Part shown: one piece after another, positions 30,034-40,100 of the stretch | Layout: each line of letters begins with the position of its first letter | Position numbering within the stretch: the stretch's first letter is position 1 | From: a virus | Lineage: Duplodnaviria > Caudoviricetes | Virus record (IMG/VR): IMGVR_UViG_3300017814_000114 | Coordinates: 1 to 64,000 of that record | Strand: one strand, 5' to 3' | Length of the DNA: 64,000 bases | Notes under the pieces: model-generated | Database searches by the model: none | Told to the model about the DNA's origin: nothing | Seen by the model: the letters and a program-made list of their open reading frames with translations, nothing else | Translations under genes and position numbers: made by a program

Positions 30034-30902
30034 TGAACGCCGATTTATATTCCAAAAGGCCTAATCTAATTATAGGATTTCATGGGTGTGATCAATCAAT
30101 CGTAGAAAAAGTACTGAATGGAAAAGAGGAATTAAAGAGAAGTACAAACGATTATGATTGGTTAGGAGAAGGAATATATTTTTGGCAGAATAGCCAAGAA
30201 AGAGCTATTCAATATGCTAACGAAGCAAAAGAACGCAAAAATTCAAATATAACAAATCCAGCTGTTATTGGCGCAATTATTGATCTCGGATTATGTCTTG
30301 ACTTATTGGATTATAAGCACTTGCAAGATGTGAAACGTTCTTATGAAGTCTTAAAAGCCGATTCCCAAAATCCCCTCCCCGAAAATAAAATGGAAATTGG
30401 TGGTACAAAAATGCTACGATATTTGGATAAAACCGTAATCCAATCAGTCCATACGGCAAGAAAAGATCAATATCAGAAACTTCAAGAGATGGAAGCACGT
30501 ATTAGAGCTCTCATCTACATGGTTAAATCTTCAAAATATTCTATTGAGGACTATATAGAATGTACTAATGATTTTGTGGATTCACTGAGATCATATAGTG
30601 CCGACACTTTCGAGTCAGATTTCACAGAAGAGAGGAAGAATGCATTCATTAATATAATAACTAATCAAGAGAAGAAGGATGCAATACATATATTAGAGCA
30701 ATGGGCTGATAATATCAAATTAAATTCTTCTTTGGTACAACCATATGATTCTGTAAGAAGTACATTTCTAGAAGGACAAGAGTTATATCCTGATGCCGGA
30801 TTTAGAGAAAAAAATCATATCCAGATTTGTATTCGAAATACAAATTGCATAAAAGGATATTTCTTGCCTAAAGATATGGATGAATGTTATCCTAATCCAT
30901 AA
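30033..30902 (+). CDS. ADP-ribosyltransferase-fold toxin-like protein
   Basis: GFHGC, DWLGEGIYFW, HIQICIRN (H-Y-Q type triad). Confidence 0.7.
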   Translation: MNADLYSKRPNLIIGFHGCDQSIVEKVLNGKEELKRSTNDYDWLGEGIYFWQNSQERAIQYANEAKERKNSNITNPAVIGAIIDLGLCLDLLDYKHLQDVKRSYEVLKADSQNPLPENKMEIGGTKMLRYLDKTVIQSVHTARKDQYQKLQEMEARIRALIYMVKSSKYSIEDYIECTNDFVDSLRSYSADTFESDFTEERKNAFINIITNQEKKDAIHILEQWADNIKLNSSLVQPYDSVRSTFLEGQELYPDAGFREKNHIQICIRNTNCIKGYFLPKDMDECYPNP

Positions 30903-30949
30903 CAAAAACGTGTATCTTCTTTATATCAAAAAATCAAACCTAAAAGACC

Positions 30950-31282
30950 ATGAATAAAATGAAGTATGTAAAACCTGACGATGTGAAATCACCGAAAAAT
31001 CACCTCGAATTAGTACGAGTATTGTATGATGGTAAAGATGACCCAAGTTATTCAATTGCAATAGTCAAATATGACGACGGTGATGAAAGTTATGCAATGA
31101 GATGGAACATCTCTTCTGCTGAATATGATGATCCTGACAAAGTGCAGGGAAAGAAGCTCTGTATCGGTAACCCTGTTTCAAGAGGTTATCCCACATGGTT
31201 TGTACTACCTTTACCTGTTAAAGTTGACGAAGAGGATGATTTTTTAAACCGCTTAAAGAACTTGATGAAAAAAGCAAAATAA
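30950..31282 (+). CDS. Conserved-looking hypothetical protein
   Basis: V.SPK...MRWN...GNPVSRGYPTWFVLP. Confidence 0.65.
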   Translation: MNKMKYVKPDDVKSPKNHLELVRVLYDGKDDPSYSIAIVKYDDGDESYAMRWNISSAEYDDPDKVQGKKLCIGNPVSRGYPTWFVLPLPVKVDEEDDFLNRLKNLMKKAK

Positions 31283-31331
31283 GAGAGTGTAATTAACACA
31301 TCGATTTAATTAAGCTCTTTACCGCAATATC

Positions 31332-31367
31332 AAAAAAGGAACATCGCACGTCGATTGTTCCTCTTTT
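31332..31367. terminator. Bidirectional terminator between convergent genes
   Basis: AGGAACA...TGTTCCT flanked by A and T tracts. Confidence 0.65.
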
Positions 31368-31392
31368 CTAATATGGCTTATAAAAAAGAGAA

Positions 31393-32583
31393 TTATTTTT
31401 TTATATTATTTTTCATATATGCATTGCATATCTTTATCGCCTCTCTCATTTCTTTTACTTCTTCTACTTTTCTCTCTATTTTAGTTTCATTTTCTTTAGA
31501 AATTTCAAGGGCTTTTTTTATAGCGCTTATCAGTTTTTTGAGTTCTTCTTCATCCAAAGAAATTCTTTTAACATCCCAGCTCATTTTATTTGTCATCTTA
31601 GTTGCCATGTTAATTATCTCCTGATGATTACTATACAACAAATCCGCTTTTGCTAATACCTCTTTTATTTCATTAAAATGCTCAATTGGGCAGCCTTCAT
31701 ATTTTATAGAATCAATATCACGAATATAATTATTTTGCTCTTCTATGAGAGTATAAATTTTTTGAATATCTCCTTGATAAAGTCGACTATATTTATAGCC
31801 AATCTTAATCGATATAAATTCTTCGTAAACAAAATTTACATCGATTTCTTCATTTATTAACACTTTATCTATCAATCTGTCAATTGAACTAATTAATTTT
31901 CGCAACGGATTACCTATAATTGCTATTAGTATGTATACAATAGCCATTATCCCCGAAATCACCAAAGAAAATCTAATACTCAACATATAACCCTCAGTAC
32001 GACTAAAATCTAAAATTCCACAAAGTAGCATCAAAGAAGCATACAACAAATAAGGCCAGTTTTTTACATATCCAGCCTCTTGTTTAAATTTATGCCTACA
32101 ATACATTTCCATGCCTTTTAAAGTGATATAACCAGAAAATGCAAAAGATATTATAAAATTAAAAATAAGCGAACTTTCATGTAATGAAGTTGATTTAATA
32201 TCTAATATTTCTAGCAATGGTCTTAGTAATAGATTTGGCCATATATATGAAACAAATAGAAGAGTTGGTATTATGATATCAACTATACCTAAAACTTGTC
32301 CAGATGATTTTACAAACCGATACGGATAATATTCATAGTTCTTTTTTTTATAAAAATCTTTAAATAATAAAAGGCTAAGCAACATCGTACAAAAGCTTCT
32401 TGAAAATAAAAAGATCTCTTGTGGGTTTTTCGTTAACTTATTATTAAATAAATCAATTAGTATCCATAATAAAGTAGCTATTGTCCCAATCAAGGCCCAT
32501 ATAGACCATCCGAAGTCTTTATTTTTCTCTGAGACTCTTTGTCTTTCAGAATATAAAATATTTAGAAGTTCATCCTTTTCCAT
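31393..32583 (-). CDS. Polytopic membrane protein with C-terminal coiled coil
   Basis: About six hydrophobic segments; very AT-rich; inverted relative to the phage. Confidence 0.7.
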   Translation of the reverse strand: MEKDELLNILYSERQRVSEKNKDFGWSIWALIGTIATLLWILIDLFNNKLTKNPQEIFLFSRSFCTMLLSLLLFKDFYKKKNYEYYPYRFVKSSGQVLGIVDIIIPTLLFVSYIWPNLLLRPLLEILDIKSTSLHESSLIFNFIISFAFSGYITLKGMEMYCRHKFKQEAGYVKNWPYLLYASLMLLCGILDFSRTEGYMLSIRFSLVISGIMAIVYILIAIIGNPLRKLISSIDRLIDKVLINEEIDVNFVYEEFISIKIGYKYSRLYQGDIQKIYTLIEEQNNYIRDIDSIKYEGCPIEHFNEIKEVLAKADLLYSNHQEIINMATKMTNKMSWDVKRISLDEEELKKLISAIKKALEISKENETKIERKVEEVKEMREAIKICNAYMKNNIKK

Positions 32584-32793
32584 AAAACATTTTTCTTACA
32601 AAGATATATGTTTCATTTTATTTCAGAATAAAATCCCGCAAAATATAAATTATTAAATCATTAGTGCAAGATCAGTCAAGACAAAACTTTAATCTTATAG
32701 TTTTTACTACACAATCATGAAACCTCTAAATTTTTATAAATTCTTTTTGAAAAGAAATAATTTTCCTCTACATTTGACTTCAAATTTCAATAC

Positions 32794-33858
32794 ATGAAAA
32801 CAAAGTTTACCATCCCATCTAAATTTAGACCATCATTTAAAGGAAAGGTTTATATCATTATAATTCTTTTTTTCAGCCCCTTTATATGCGTCTTTATTAA
32901 TTATAGTACATCATTATATCTTGGTGACCTATACACTTTCGGGATACTAGATCGAAAAGATTTCTTCACGGTATGGATAGCTTTATTTGGAGCAATAGGT
33001 ATTGCAATTAATATATACCAAAATCAAAAGAGGACGGTTAACCAAGACCGACAATTAGAGAATCAAAACAAACAATTACAAAACCAAGAAGAACAACTCA
33101 AAGAGCAAGAGAAGCAAATTGAACTACAAAGTAAATCGCAACGTGATAGTAGATTTTCTAAAGGAATAGAATTATTGGGCAATGACAACGAATCGGCTCG
33201 AGCTGGAGCTGCTTATAGCTTATATTTTTTAGCGAAAGATTATCCAGATGAATTTTCAAAACCAGTATTTGAGATACTATGTTCCCACATCAGAACTCTC
33301 ACCACATCCGAAGAGTATTTAAAGAAACATCCAACAGTATCGAATGAGGTACAAACAATATTAGACTTACTATTTAAAAATCAATCATTATTAGATTGGG
33401 AATCAGAAGAAAACTTTGATGAAGAAAGAATAAGAGACACATTATTTTCTAAGTTTTCTGCGAATCTTCAACATTCAAATTTACAAGGAGCTGATTTAAT
33501 GACAGCAAATTTATACAATGCAAAATTATTCCGCACTAACTTAGCAGGAGCAGAACTTATTGGAGCGTATTTGGAAATGGCCGTTTTATCTAAGACTATA
33601 TTTAGCGGGGCATCATCTTTGGCTATAGCTAATTTAAAAGGAGCCTATTTAGGATCTATTAATTTAAGGGGGGTTAATTTGGAAGGAGCTATTTTGGAAG
33701 GAGCAACCTTAATTCATTTAAAAGAGGTAGATTTATCATTAGTTGATCTGGAAGGAGTAATTATCAGTTCCAGTATGAGACCATCCCTTGAACAAAGTAG
33801 CATCGATTTATCTGGCGTTATTTGGATTGATGACGAAGAACGAAAAAAGAATAATTAA
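32794..33858 (+). CDS. Membrane-anchored pentapeptide-repeat protein
   Basis: Two TM helices, Gln-rich coil, RFSKGIELLG..R.GA.YSL, A(D/N)Lxx repeats. Confidence 0.85.
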   Translation: MKTKFTIPSKFRPSFKGKVYIIIILFFSPFICVFINYSTSLYLGDLYTFGILDRKDFFTVWIALFGAIGIAINIYQNQKRTVNQDRQLENQNKQLQNQEEQLKEQEKQIELQSKSQRDSRFSKGIELLGNDNESARAGAAYSLYFLAKDYPDEFSKPVFEILCSHIRTLTTSEEYLKKHPTVSNEVQTILDLLFKNQSLLDWESEENFDEERIRDTLFSKFSANLQHSNLQGADLMTANLYNAKLFRTNLAGAELIGAYLEMAVLSKTIFSGASSLAIANLKGAYLGSINLRGVNLEGAILEGATLIHLKEVDLSLVDLEGVIISSSMRPSLEQSSIDLSGVIWIDDEERKKNN

Positions 33859-33903
33859 TAAAGCAAATAGCTATAATTTCACTTATACTATAAACACATT
33901 ATC

Positions 33904-34830
33904 ATGGATGATATATTAAAAGAAGTTCATTGTACAGATGCTAAAGATTTTATTTCAAAGTTTTCGTATGGAGGTGAATATTTTCATTTAAGAACTGACA
34001 ATTTCATTTTCAGAGGTGAACCTTCAGATCAATATTCCCTCATACCAAGTTCTTTGCGAGAAGAGAATCGAACAAAAATCGAGGAAATAATAAGGAATCT
34101 CGCTCCTGAATTCTCAAAAGACAATTTTGATTTATCACAAGAATATAATTGTAATCAAATTACTTCAGAATATGCGCTGCTCAACGTATTTTTCCAAAAA
34201 TGTGATTACAACGGTTTATACATTCCTGAGATAAACGATCTTAGGCTTTTAAGAGGACACTACACTTATTTAGCAACAGAAATGGAGAATATAGATGTCT
34301 GGCTACCACTTAAATATATTGAACTCGCAGGTTTAGCTCAACATTATGGAATATATACAAGACTGCTTGATTGGACTCAAGATCTTAATGTCGCTTTATA
34401 TTTTGCAGTATCTGGCTACATGCTAAATAAAACTACCGAGAATCCAGATAACCATCCTAAAAATATAGTAATATGGGCATTAAATACAGAGATTGTAGTA
34501 AATAACAAATCCGATATGCCGGGATTAAAAATTACTGTCCCAAAATATAATAGTAATCCTAATTTATGTGCACAAAAAGGAGTTTTTACCTTGTGGCAAA
34601 CACATAAAAATAACAAGAATCTTACTGATAGAGCCCCTTTAAATAAGTTGATCGAAGAAAATCCTAAGCTTTTAGGAAATGTAAAGAGCGGTAATCCGTT
34701 ATATAAGATATATATTCCAACCCAAGATTACCAAGGACTAAAAACTCATTTAGAGACATCAGGTTATGATTCTTCTAGATTATTTCCTGGATATAGAGGC
34801 GTAGCCAAAAGCCTTTTAAGAAATATTTAA
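33904..34830 (+). CDS. FRG-domain protein
   Basis: IFRGE..L.PS..R, LAQHYG.YTRLLDWT....ALYFA, AQKGVF, LFPG. Confidence 0.9.
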   Translation: MDDILKEVHCTDAKDFISKFSYGGEYFHLRTDNFIFRGEPSDQYSLIPSSLREENRTKIEEIIRNLAPEFSKDNFDLSQEYNCNQITSEYALLNVFFQKCDYNGLYIPEINDLRLLRGHYTYLATEMENIDVWLPLKYIELAGLAQHYGIYTRLLDWTQDLNVALYFAVSGYMLNKTTENPDNHPKNIVIWALNTEIVVNNKSDMPGLKITVPKYNSNPNLCAQKGVFTLWQTHKNNKNLTDRAPLNKLIEENPKLLGNVKSGNPLYKIYIPTQDYQGLKTHLETSGYDSSRLFPGYRGVAKSLLRNI

Positions 34831-34866
34831 ACTGAATATATTTAATCAAATTATAAATGACTAATC

Positions 34867-35895
34867 ATGAAAAATGTTGGCATAGAATTAGTAAATCCAC
34901 AGAAAGGATATGTTGCATTACCCTATACAGATGAACAACTATCGCAATTCATTAAAAGTTTATTGGGTACTCCTCAAACAATCTCTAAAAAAATTGAAGG
35001 CGTTTTTGTTATACAACTAAGTGACATACAAAGTTTTAATGATTTAATTTGCCAAAGAGTCGCACAACAAAATCAGAGTAAACTACTTGAAGTAAAATCA
35101 ACAATCTATTTTTCAGACAAATCAAATATAACACTAAACAGTTATGATGATTTAATTAGTTACTACGAGATAAAACCTCTATTATCAATTGGAATAAGAA
35201 TAACATGGAGTTTTCTAATTAATTTTCCAGATAAAGAAACTCCTGAACGACAAGAAATAGAATTATTTTATTGTGCTAACAAAAGGAAGCTCTTGACAAA
35301 TTCAGATGTTAGCAGTGAAAGCTACTTTAATATTGAAATTAGACATACACAAAGGACATGGGGTGTTGATATTGAGAATATTATTGAAGACCAGATAGAT
35401 TCTATAAAACAAAAAATATCTAAATTTAGATTTTTTGTTAAAAGAAATTCATCAGAAATAGCGTTCTTATTAGTAATGTTCATTTTAATCATATTTTTTC
35501 AAGGATTCTATACAGCAAAAAATAAATACATCACTACACAAAAGGAAGGACTTTACTATTATATTGATCACAACAAAGACATTGGAAAAAAAATAGATTA
35601 CACAATGAAAGAGATAATAATAAACAAAAAGCTAGAGAACAATTATCTAGACAACATATACATAGTCTTAACCATACCAATTCTTCTAGCCATCGGATTA
35701 TGGATTAAGGTAATGGCTTCAAGAATGCCAAAAAGTTTTCTAATATTCAGCCGAAAAAGTTATGACGAATATAATGACTATAAGAAAGTTAAAAATAGAG
35801 ATTGGATAATGTTTTGGATATCTATTATAGTTAGCATACTAGCTGGAATTTTTTCTAATTATCTATATAGTTTCATGATAAACCTATTCAACTAA
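34867..35895 (+). CDS. Hypothetical protein, soluble N-domain plus three C-terminal TM helices
   Basis: Hydrophobicity pattern; AT-rich. Confidence 0.7.
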   Translation: MKNVGIELVNPQKGYVALPYTDEQLSQFIKSLLGTPQTISKKIEGVFVIQLSDIQSFNDLICQRVAQQNQSKLLEVKSTIYFSDKSNITLNSYDDLISYYEIKPLLSIGIRITWSFLINFPDKETPERQEIELFYCANKRKLLTNSDVSSESYFNIEIRHTQRTWGVDIENIIEDQIDSIKQKISKFRFFVKRNSSEIAFLLVMFILIIFFQGFYTAKNKYITTQKEGLYYYIDHNKDIGKKIDYTMKEIIINKKLENNYLDNIYIVLTIPILLAIGLWIKVMASRMPKSFLIFSRKSYDEYNDYKKVKNRDWIMFWISIIVSILAGIFSNYLYSFMINLFN

Positions 35896-36003
35896 TTCAC
35901 AATAAACAGCATCAATATTACTTTTGTAATAGTTATCAACTATTTTCTAATTTTTCTCCCCTTTTCCTTTGCTGTCTCAAATATTCTTTCGATATTTGCC
36001 CCA

Positions 36004-36083
36004 GCTAAACAGTAGTGAAATGTCTTTCACTTCGCAGAGCGCGGTTAATGCTCAACGATTTACGTCGGGCTTTTTTTATGCCC
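36004..36083 (+). promoter_or_regulatory. Leader with antisense target (seqA/a1-like) and attenuator hairpins
   Basis: GCTAAACAGTAGT complementary to the copy C guide; directly after GATATTTG; GGGCTTTTTTTATGCCC hairpin. Confidence 0.6.
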
Positions 36084-36101
36084 CACATACATATAAGCCA
36101 T

Positions 36102-36176
36102 GCGGCTGTCTTCCGGGTATTTTTTTCTCTTCGGAGTGAGATTTACTACTGTTTAGCGACACGGAACGGCAGCCGT
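36102..36176 (+). ncRNA. C4/CI-like antisense immunity RNA, copy C
   Basis: Outer stem, cUUCGg hairpin, guide TTACTACTGTTTAGCG (36143-36158) perfectly complementary to 36190-36205. Confidence 0.75.
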
Positions 36177-36206
36177 TTTTCTGTCGAAACGCTAAACAGT
36201 AGTAAT

Positions 36207-36467
36207 ATGAAAACGAACAATTCCATTGCAGTATTGCAGCCCAAAAGCAGCAATCTCGCACAGATCGTTTCCGGTACCGGGAACAAAATCTTCCAAAAAA
36301 TCAATTCTATTCTACCCGACGAATGCAAAGTGCAGTCCCGTTCCGATGCCTGGTTCGTAGCAGCCACTTTCAGTTTGCTTATTACCATCCCTATTTATTA
36401 CCTTCTACCTATAACCGCCCTATGTGTATACAAAGGCAATCAATTGAGCAGCCATGAAGAGCTTTAA
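36207..36467 (+). CDS. Small membrane protein controlled by the antisense RNA (icd/kil-like position)
   Basis: ATG directly behind the 16-nt target; C-terminal hydrophobic helix. Confidence 0.6.
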   Translation: MKTNNSIAVLQPKSSNLAQIVSGTGNKIFQKINSILPDECKVQSRSDAWFVAATFSLLITIPIYYLLPITALCVYKGNQLSSHEEL

Positions 36468-36705
36468 TGTAGAAGGTGTATTGCTCAACGAAAAATCGTT
36501 GGCCATACTTAGAGACTTGCAAGAGGGTGATAACATCGGTATCGAGTTGTCTTGTCAGCTACTCGACACGACAATATACAATATTGCAAATCCCGACATG
36601 GGGATGTCGGAGCATGAAAGGCTTAGTACCGTTTCGGCTCTATTGGATTTCAAACGTCAGATAAACGAACTCAAAAAAGAGATGAACCATGAAACTACTG
36701 AATAA
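36454..36705 (+). CDS. Hypothetical protein
   Basis: Coupled ORF. Confidence 0.6.
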   Translation: MKSFNVEGVLLNEKSLAILRDLQEGDNIGIELSCQLLDTTIYNIANPDMGMSEHERLSTVSALLDFKRQINELKKEMNHETTE

Positions 36706-36961
36706 TTTGGAAAATACGGAAGGGTTCGACAAGAAAGACCCGAAAAACACAATATTTTGTTCCTATCTGCAAGGCAACCTTCCGGCAGACCTTAGCGATA
36801 AGAACAAGGTACTCAAATCGTCGCAAGACATCGTGGATGACTTGGCCGACATGATAGAAGTCAGCATCAACGAAGTTGCCGATGTACTCGCCAACTCCGG
36901 GTATCTCGTTGTGACCGGAGACGACCATCTGCCACGATGGGCGATGCTACCGGGCAAATAA
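36689..36961 (+). CDS. Hypothetical protein, winged-helix-like
   Basis: KSSQDIVDDLADM.EVS.NEVA..L...GY....P.W. Confidence 0.6.
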   Translation: MKLLNNLENTEGFDKKDPKNTIFCSYLQGNLPADLSDKNKVLKSSQDIVDDLADMIEVSINEVADVLANSGYLVVTGDDHLPRWAMLPGK

Positions 36962-36985
36962 GAAACATTTTTATTACATTTTTTC

Positions 36986-37016
36986 AAGTCGGGGCGTAGT
37001 GATACGGTCCGACTTT
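36986..37016 (+). terminator. Terminator
   Basis: AAGTCGG...CCGACTT. Confidence 0.6.
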
Positions 37017-37039
37017 ATAAAAAACACTATATTTGTAAC

Positions 37040-37135
37040 ATGTTAAGTATACCTATTATGTTTGCAAGCAACGGTTCAGCAGTAGTCATCTTTATTATTT
37101 TGGTACTATGGTACTTGCTTAGCAAGAAGAAATAA
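37040..37135 (+). CDS. 31-aa (or 25-aa from 37058) single-TM peptide, absent from the ORF track
   Basis: MLSIPIMFASNGSAVVIFIILVLWYLLSKKK; TATATTTG at 37028-37035. Confidence 0.55.
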   Translation: MLSIPIMFASNGSAVVIFIILVLWYLLSKKK

Positions 37136-37137
37136 TT

Positions 37138-37172
37138 GTCTTTTAAGCTGTAATTCCACTCTCGTAATTTTG
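37138..37172 (+). promoter_or_regulatory. Late-type promoter GTCTTTT-N20-TAATTTTG
   Basis: Fixed-spacing shared motif. Confidence 0.6.
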
Positions 37173-37197
37173 AGAAAATCTAACAAAATTACGAGGT

Positions 37198-40100
37198 ATG
37201 GCTATTACACAAGAGGCAATTATCAGAATGTCCTTAAACGGACAACAACCTGAAGAGGAGCTGAAGAAACTGACCGAAGCACTGAAAAAGTATGAGACGG
37301 CAAGAGACAAAGCAATCGGCACAGGCGACAAAAAGACCGCACAAGAATATCAAAAGAAGATAAACGGCGTTAACAAAGAGATTCAACTGATTCAGCGGAA
37401 TTGGGTGAATGTCAACCAAGTACTCAACAACTTATCCCTTACCGGAACAAAAGATCTTCACAAAACACTCAAGGCAATTAATAATGAGCTCAATTCGGGC
37501 AGAGTACAGAGAGGCTCTGAAGAATGGGACGCCTATCAGAAGAAACTCAGTATGGTCAATGCGGAGCTTCGAAAGATTAGAGAGGAAGGCGGACAGGTTT
37601 CGAAAAATTCTTTCGAAAGGATAACCGATTTTGCCAATCGGATTTGGGGAGCTTATGTCATCGGGACAAGCGTTTATCAAGGAGTAAACTCATGGATAAA
37701 CGACAAAGTCAACGATTTTGCCAAAATGGAAGAAGCCGAAAGCCAGGTAGTCAAATACACCAACCTGACTAAAAAAGAAGTAGAGGACGTAAACGAAGAT
37801 TTTAAGAAACTGGACACCCGTACCGCTCGAGAACAGCTGAACAGCCTTGCCGGTGATGCCGGTAAATTGGGCATTGACGGCAAGAAGGGCATCGAAGATT
37901 TTGTCGATGCCGGTAACCAAATCAATATTGCACTGGGAGAGGACTTGGGAGCGGATGCTATCAAGAATATCGGTAAGCTCGCCATGATATTCGGCGAGGA
38001 TCAAAGGCTTGGACTTAAAAAGGCGATGCTTTCCACAGGTTCCGCCATCAACTACATCGGACAAAGTTCTTCAGCTGCCGAGCCCTATCTCGCCGACTTC
38101 CTCGGCGAAATGGGTAGTGTTGGCCATCAGGCAAAAATATCACAGGCGAACTTGCTCGGCTATGCGTCTGTTCTTGACCAGAACAAAGTCGAAGCCTCTG
38201 TGGCATCTACCGCTTTTCAACAGCTTACTTTAAAGATGTTTCAAGAGCCTGCCAAATATGCCAAGATTGCGGGCGTGAGCCTCAAAGAATTTAAAACGCT
38301 GTTACAGGTCGATTCCAACAAAGCGATGCTTAGCTTCCTTTCCGGACTGTCCAGAGTAGGAGACCTTACCAAAGCGGCTCCCGTTATCAAATCGCTCGGA
38401 CTTGACGGTCAAAAAGCGGCACAGGTCCTTACTGCCCTCTCGGGAAACATCGGTTTGATTGAACAGGAACAACGCAAGGCAAACCAGGCTTATAACGAAG
38501 CGACTAGCATCACCAAGGAATATAACGTACAGAACAATACCGCACAGGCTCGACTGGAAAAGATGCAAAAGCGGGCTCACGACTTGGCGGTCGAACTCGG
38601 CGGCAAATTATATCCGGGCATGGAATACACGTTTAGAATCGGAAGCAAGCTCGTCAAATTATCATCCGGAGCAATTGATTTTATCAAGGAGAACAGGGTT
38701 GAACTTGCCGCCTTGACACTTGCTTTAAGTGCCTACTATATCAAGGCGAAGTATACGACTGTCGTCAAATCGCTAAGCAATAACCTTCATAAATTAGCCG
38801 CGACATACAAAACGATCGATGCGTTGGCCACCGCTAAAATGGCACGCAACCAAGGGGCGTACAATGCCATACTCAAAGAGAGTGAAATACTTCAGCAAAT
38901 GGGGAAAAAATCACTCGTCAACTACCAGGCAGCAATGTACCTTGTCATTGCCGCCAAAAACATTTTAATAGGTAAATTCAAAGAAGCCAGACTAGCCCTC
39001 AATGCCTTCGGCACCGCTATCAAAACGAATCCCTGGGGAATTGCGATAGCGGCGATTGCCGCCATCGGTTACGGTCTGTACAAATGGTATCAGAACCAAA
39101 AAGAAGCGAACCGGGCGACAGCCGAATTTTACAGTGCGGTATCCAAAGAACGGGGCGAGCTGACGAATCTTTATAATCAGCTGGGAGCGACAAATCAAAA
39201 ATCCAAAATGAGGGCTGAACTTATCAAAGAATTTAATGATAAATTCGGCAAGTACCTCACAAACCTACTGACCGAAAAGAGTACCATCGCCGATATCAAG
39301 AACGCCTACGAACAGGCAACCGTGGCAATGAACGACTACTATGCCCGACAGGTACTCGACAAGGAGACCGGCGATATCATGTCCAAACATGTCAAAGATA
39401 ACGGTGAGCTGCTGCAAGGGGCAGTCGGTGGATTGACAAAAGCGACGGACAACCAAAAAGCGAAAGCATCTCAAATCATCGTCGACGCAATCAACAGTGC
39501 CATTCAGAAATCTCCGAATATTGGCAAAGAAGGGTTGATGAAATCGATTAACGGACAAGTGCAAAAAGGACTGGGGCTGGATTATTCGGGCTTTTGGAAC
39601 TTAATGTATGGAAACTCTGCCGGACGGGATTGGCATGGCAACATCAGTGAACTCATTGACAATATGCAGAAGGATAATCAAAAAGTCATTAACGTTCGCA
39701 ATCAACTTCGCCCATGGATTAAACATGACAGACCGGTTGCACAACAGGAGCAAGTGCAAAACAACACGAATCTCGGAGGCACACCCGATACCGGAACATC
39801 ACTCACCGAAGCGCAACAGAAAAAGATAATGGAGAGAAAGCTGAAACTCATAGAAGCATCCAACGACAAAGAAAAAATAATGAATACCGCCCTATACGCT
39901 GCCGGCAAAGTATCAAAAGAGGAATATGACCTGTTCATGGAAGATAGCGACGAGAAGCTGATAGATGCCAAGATGAAACTCTACCGCAAAGACTCAAAAG
40001 AGTACAATGACCTGCTTTTGCAGAAAACCCAAATGCAAGCGAAACGCAATGAGAGAGACAAAGCAGGCGATATCGAAACCGTCGACCGACAGACAGAACA

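Noticed and set aside
36015-36206. GTG-started 150-aa ORF reading through the RNA
   Set aside because: The 5' part is better explained as structured RNA; the antisense target points to ATG 36207
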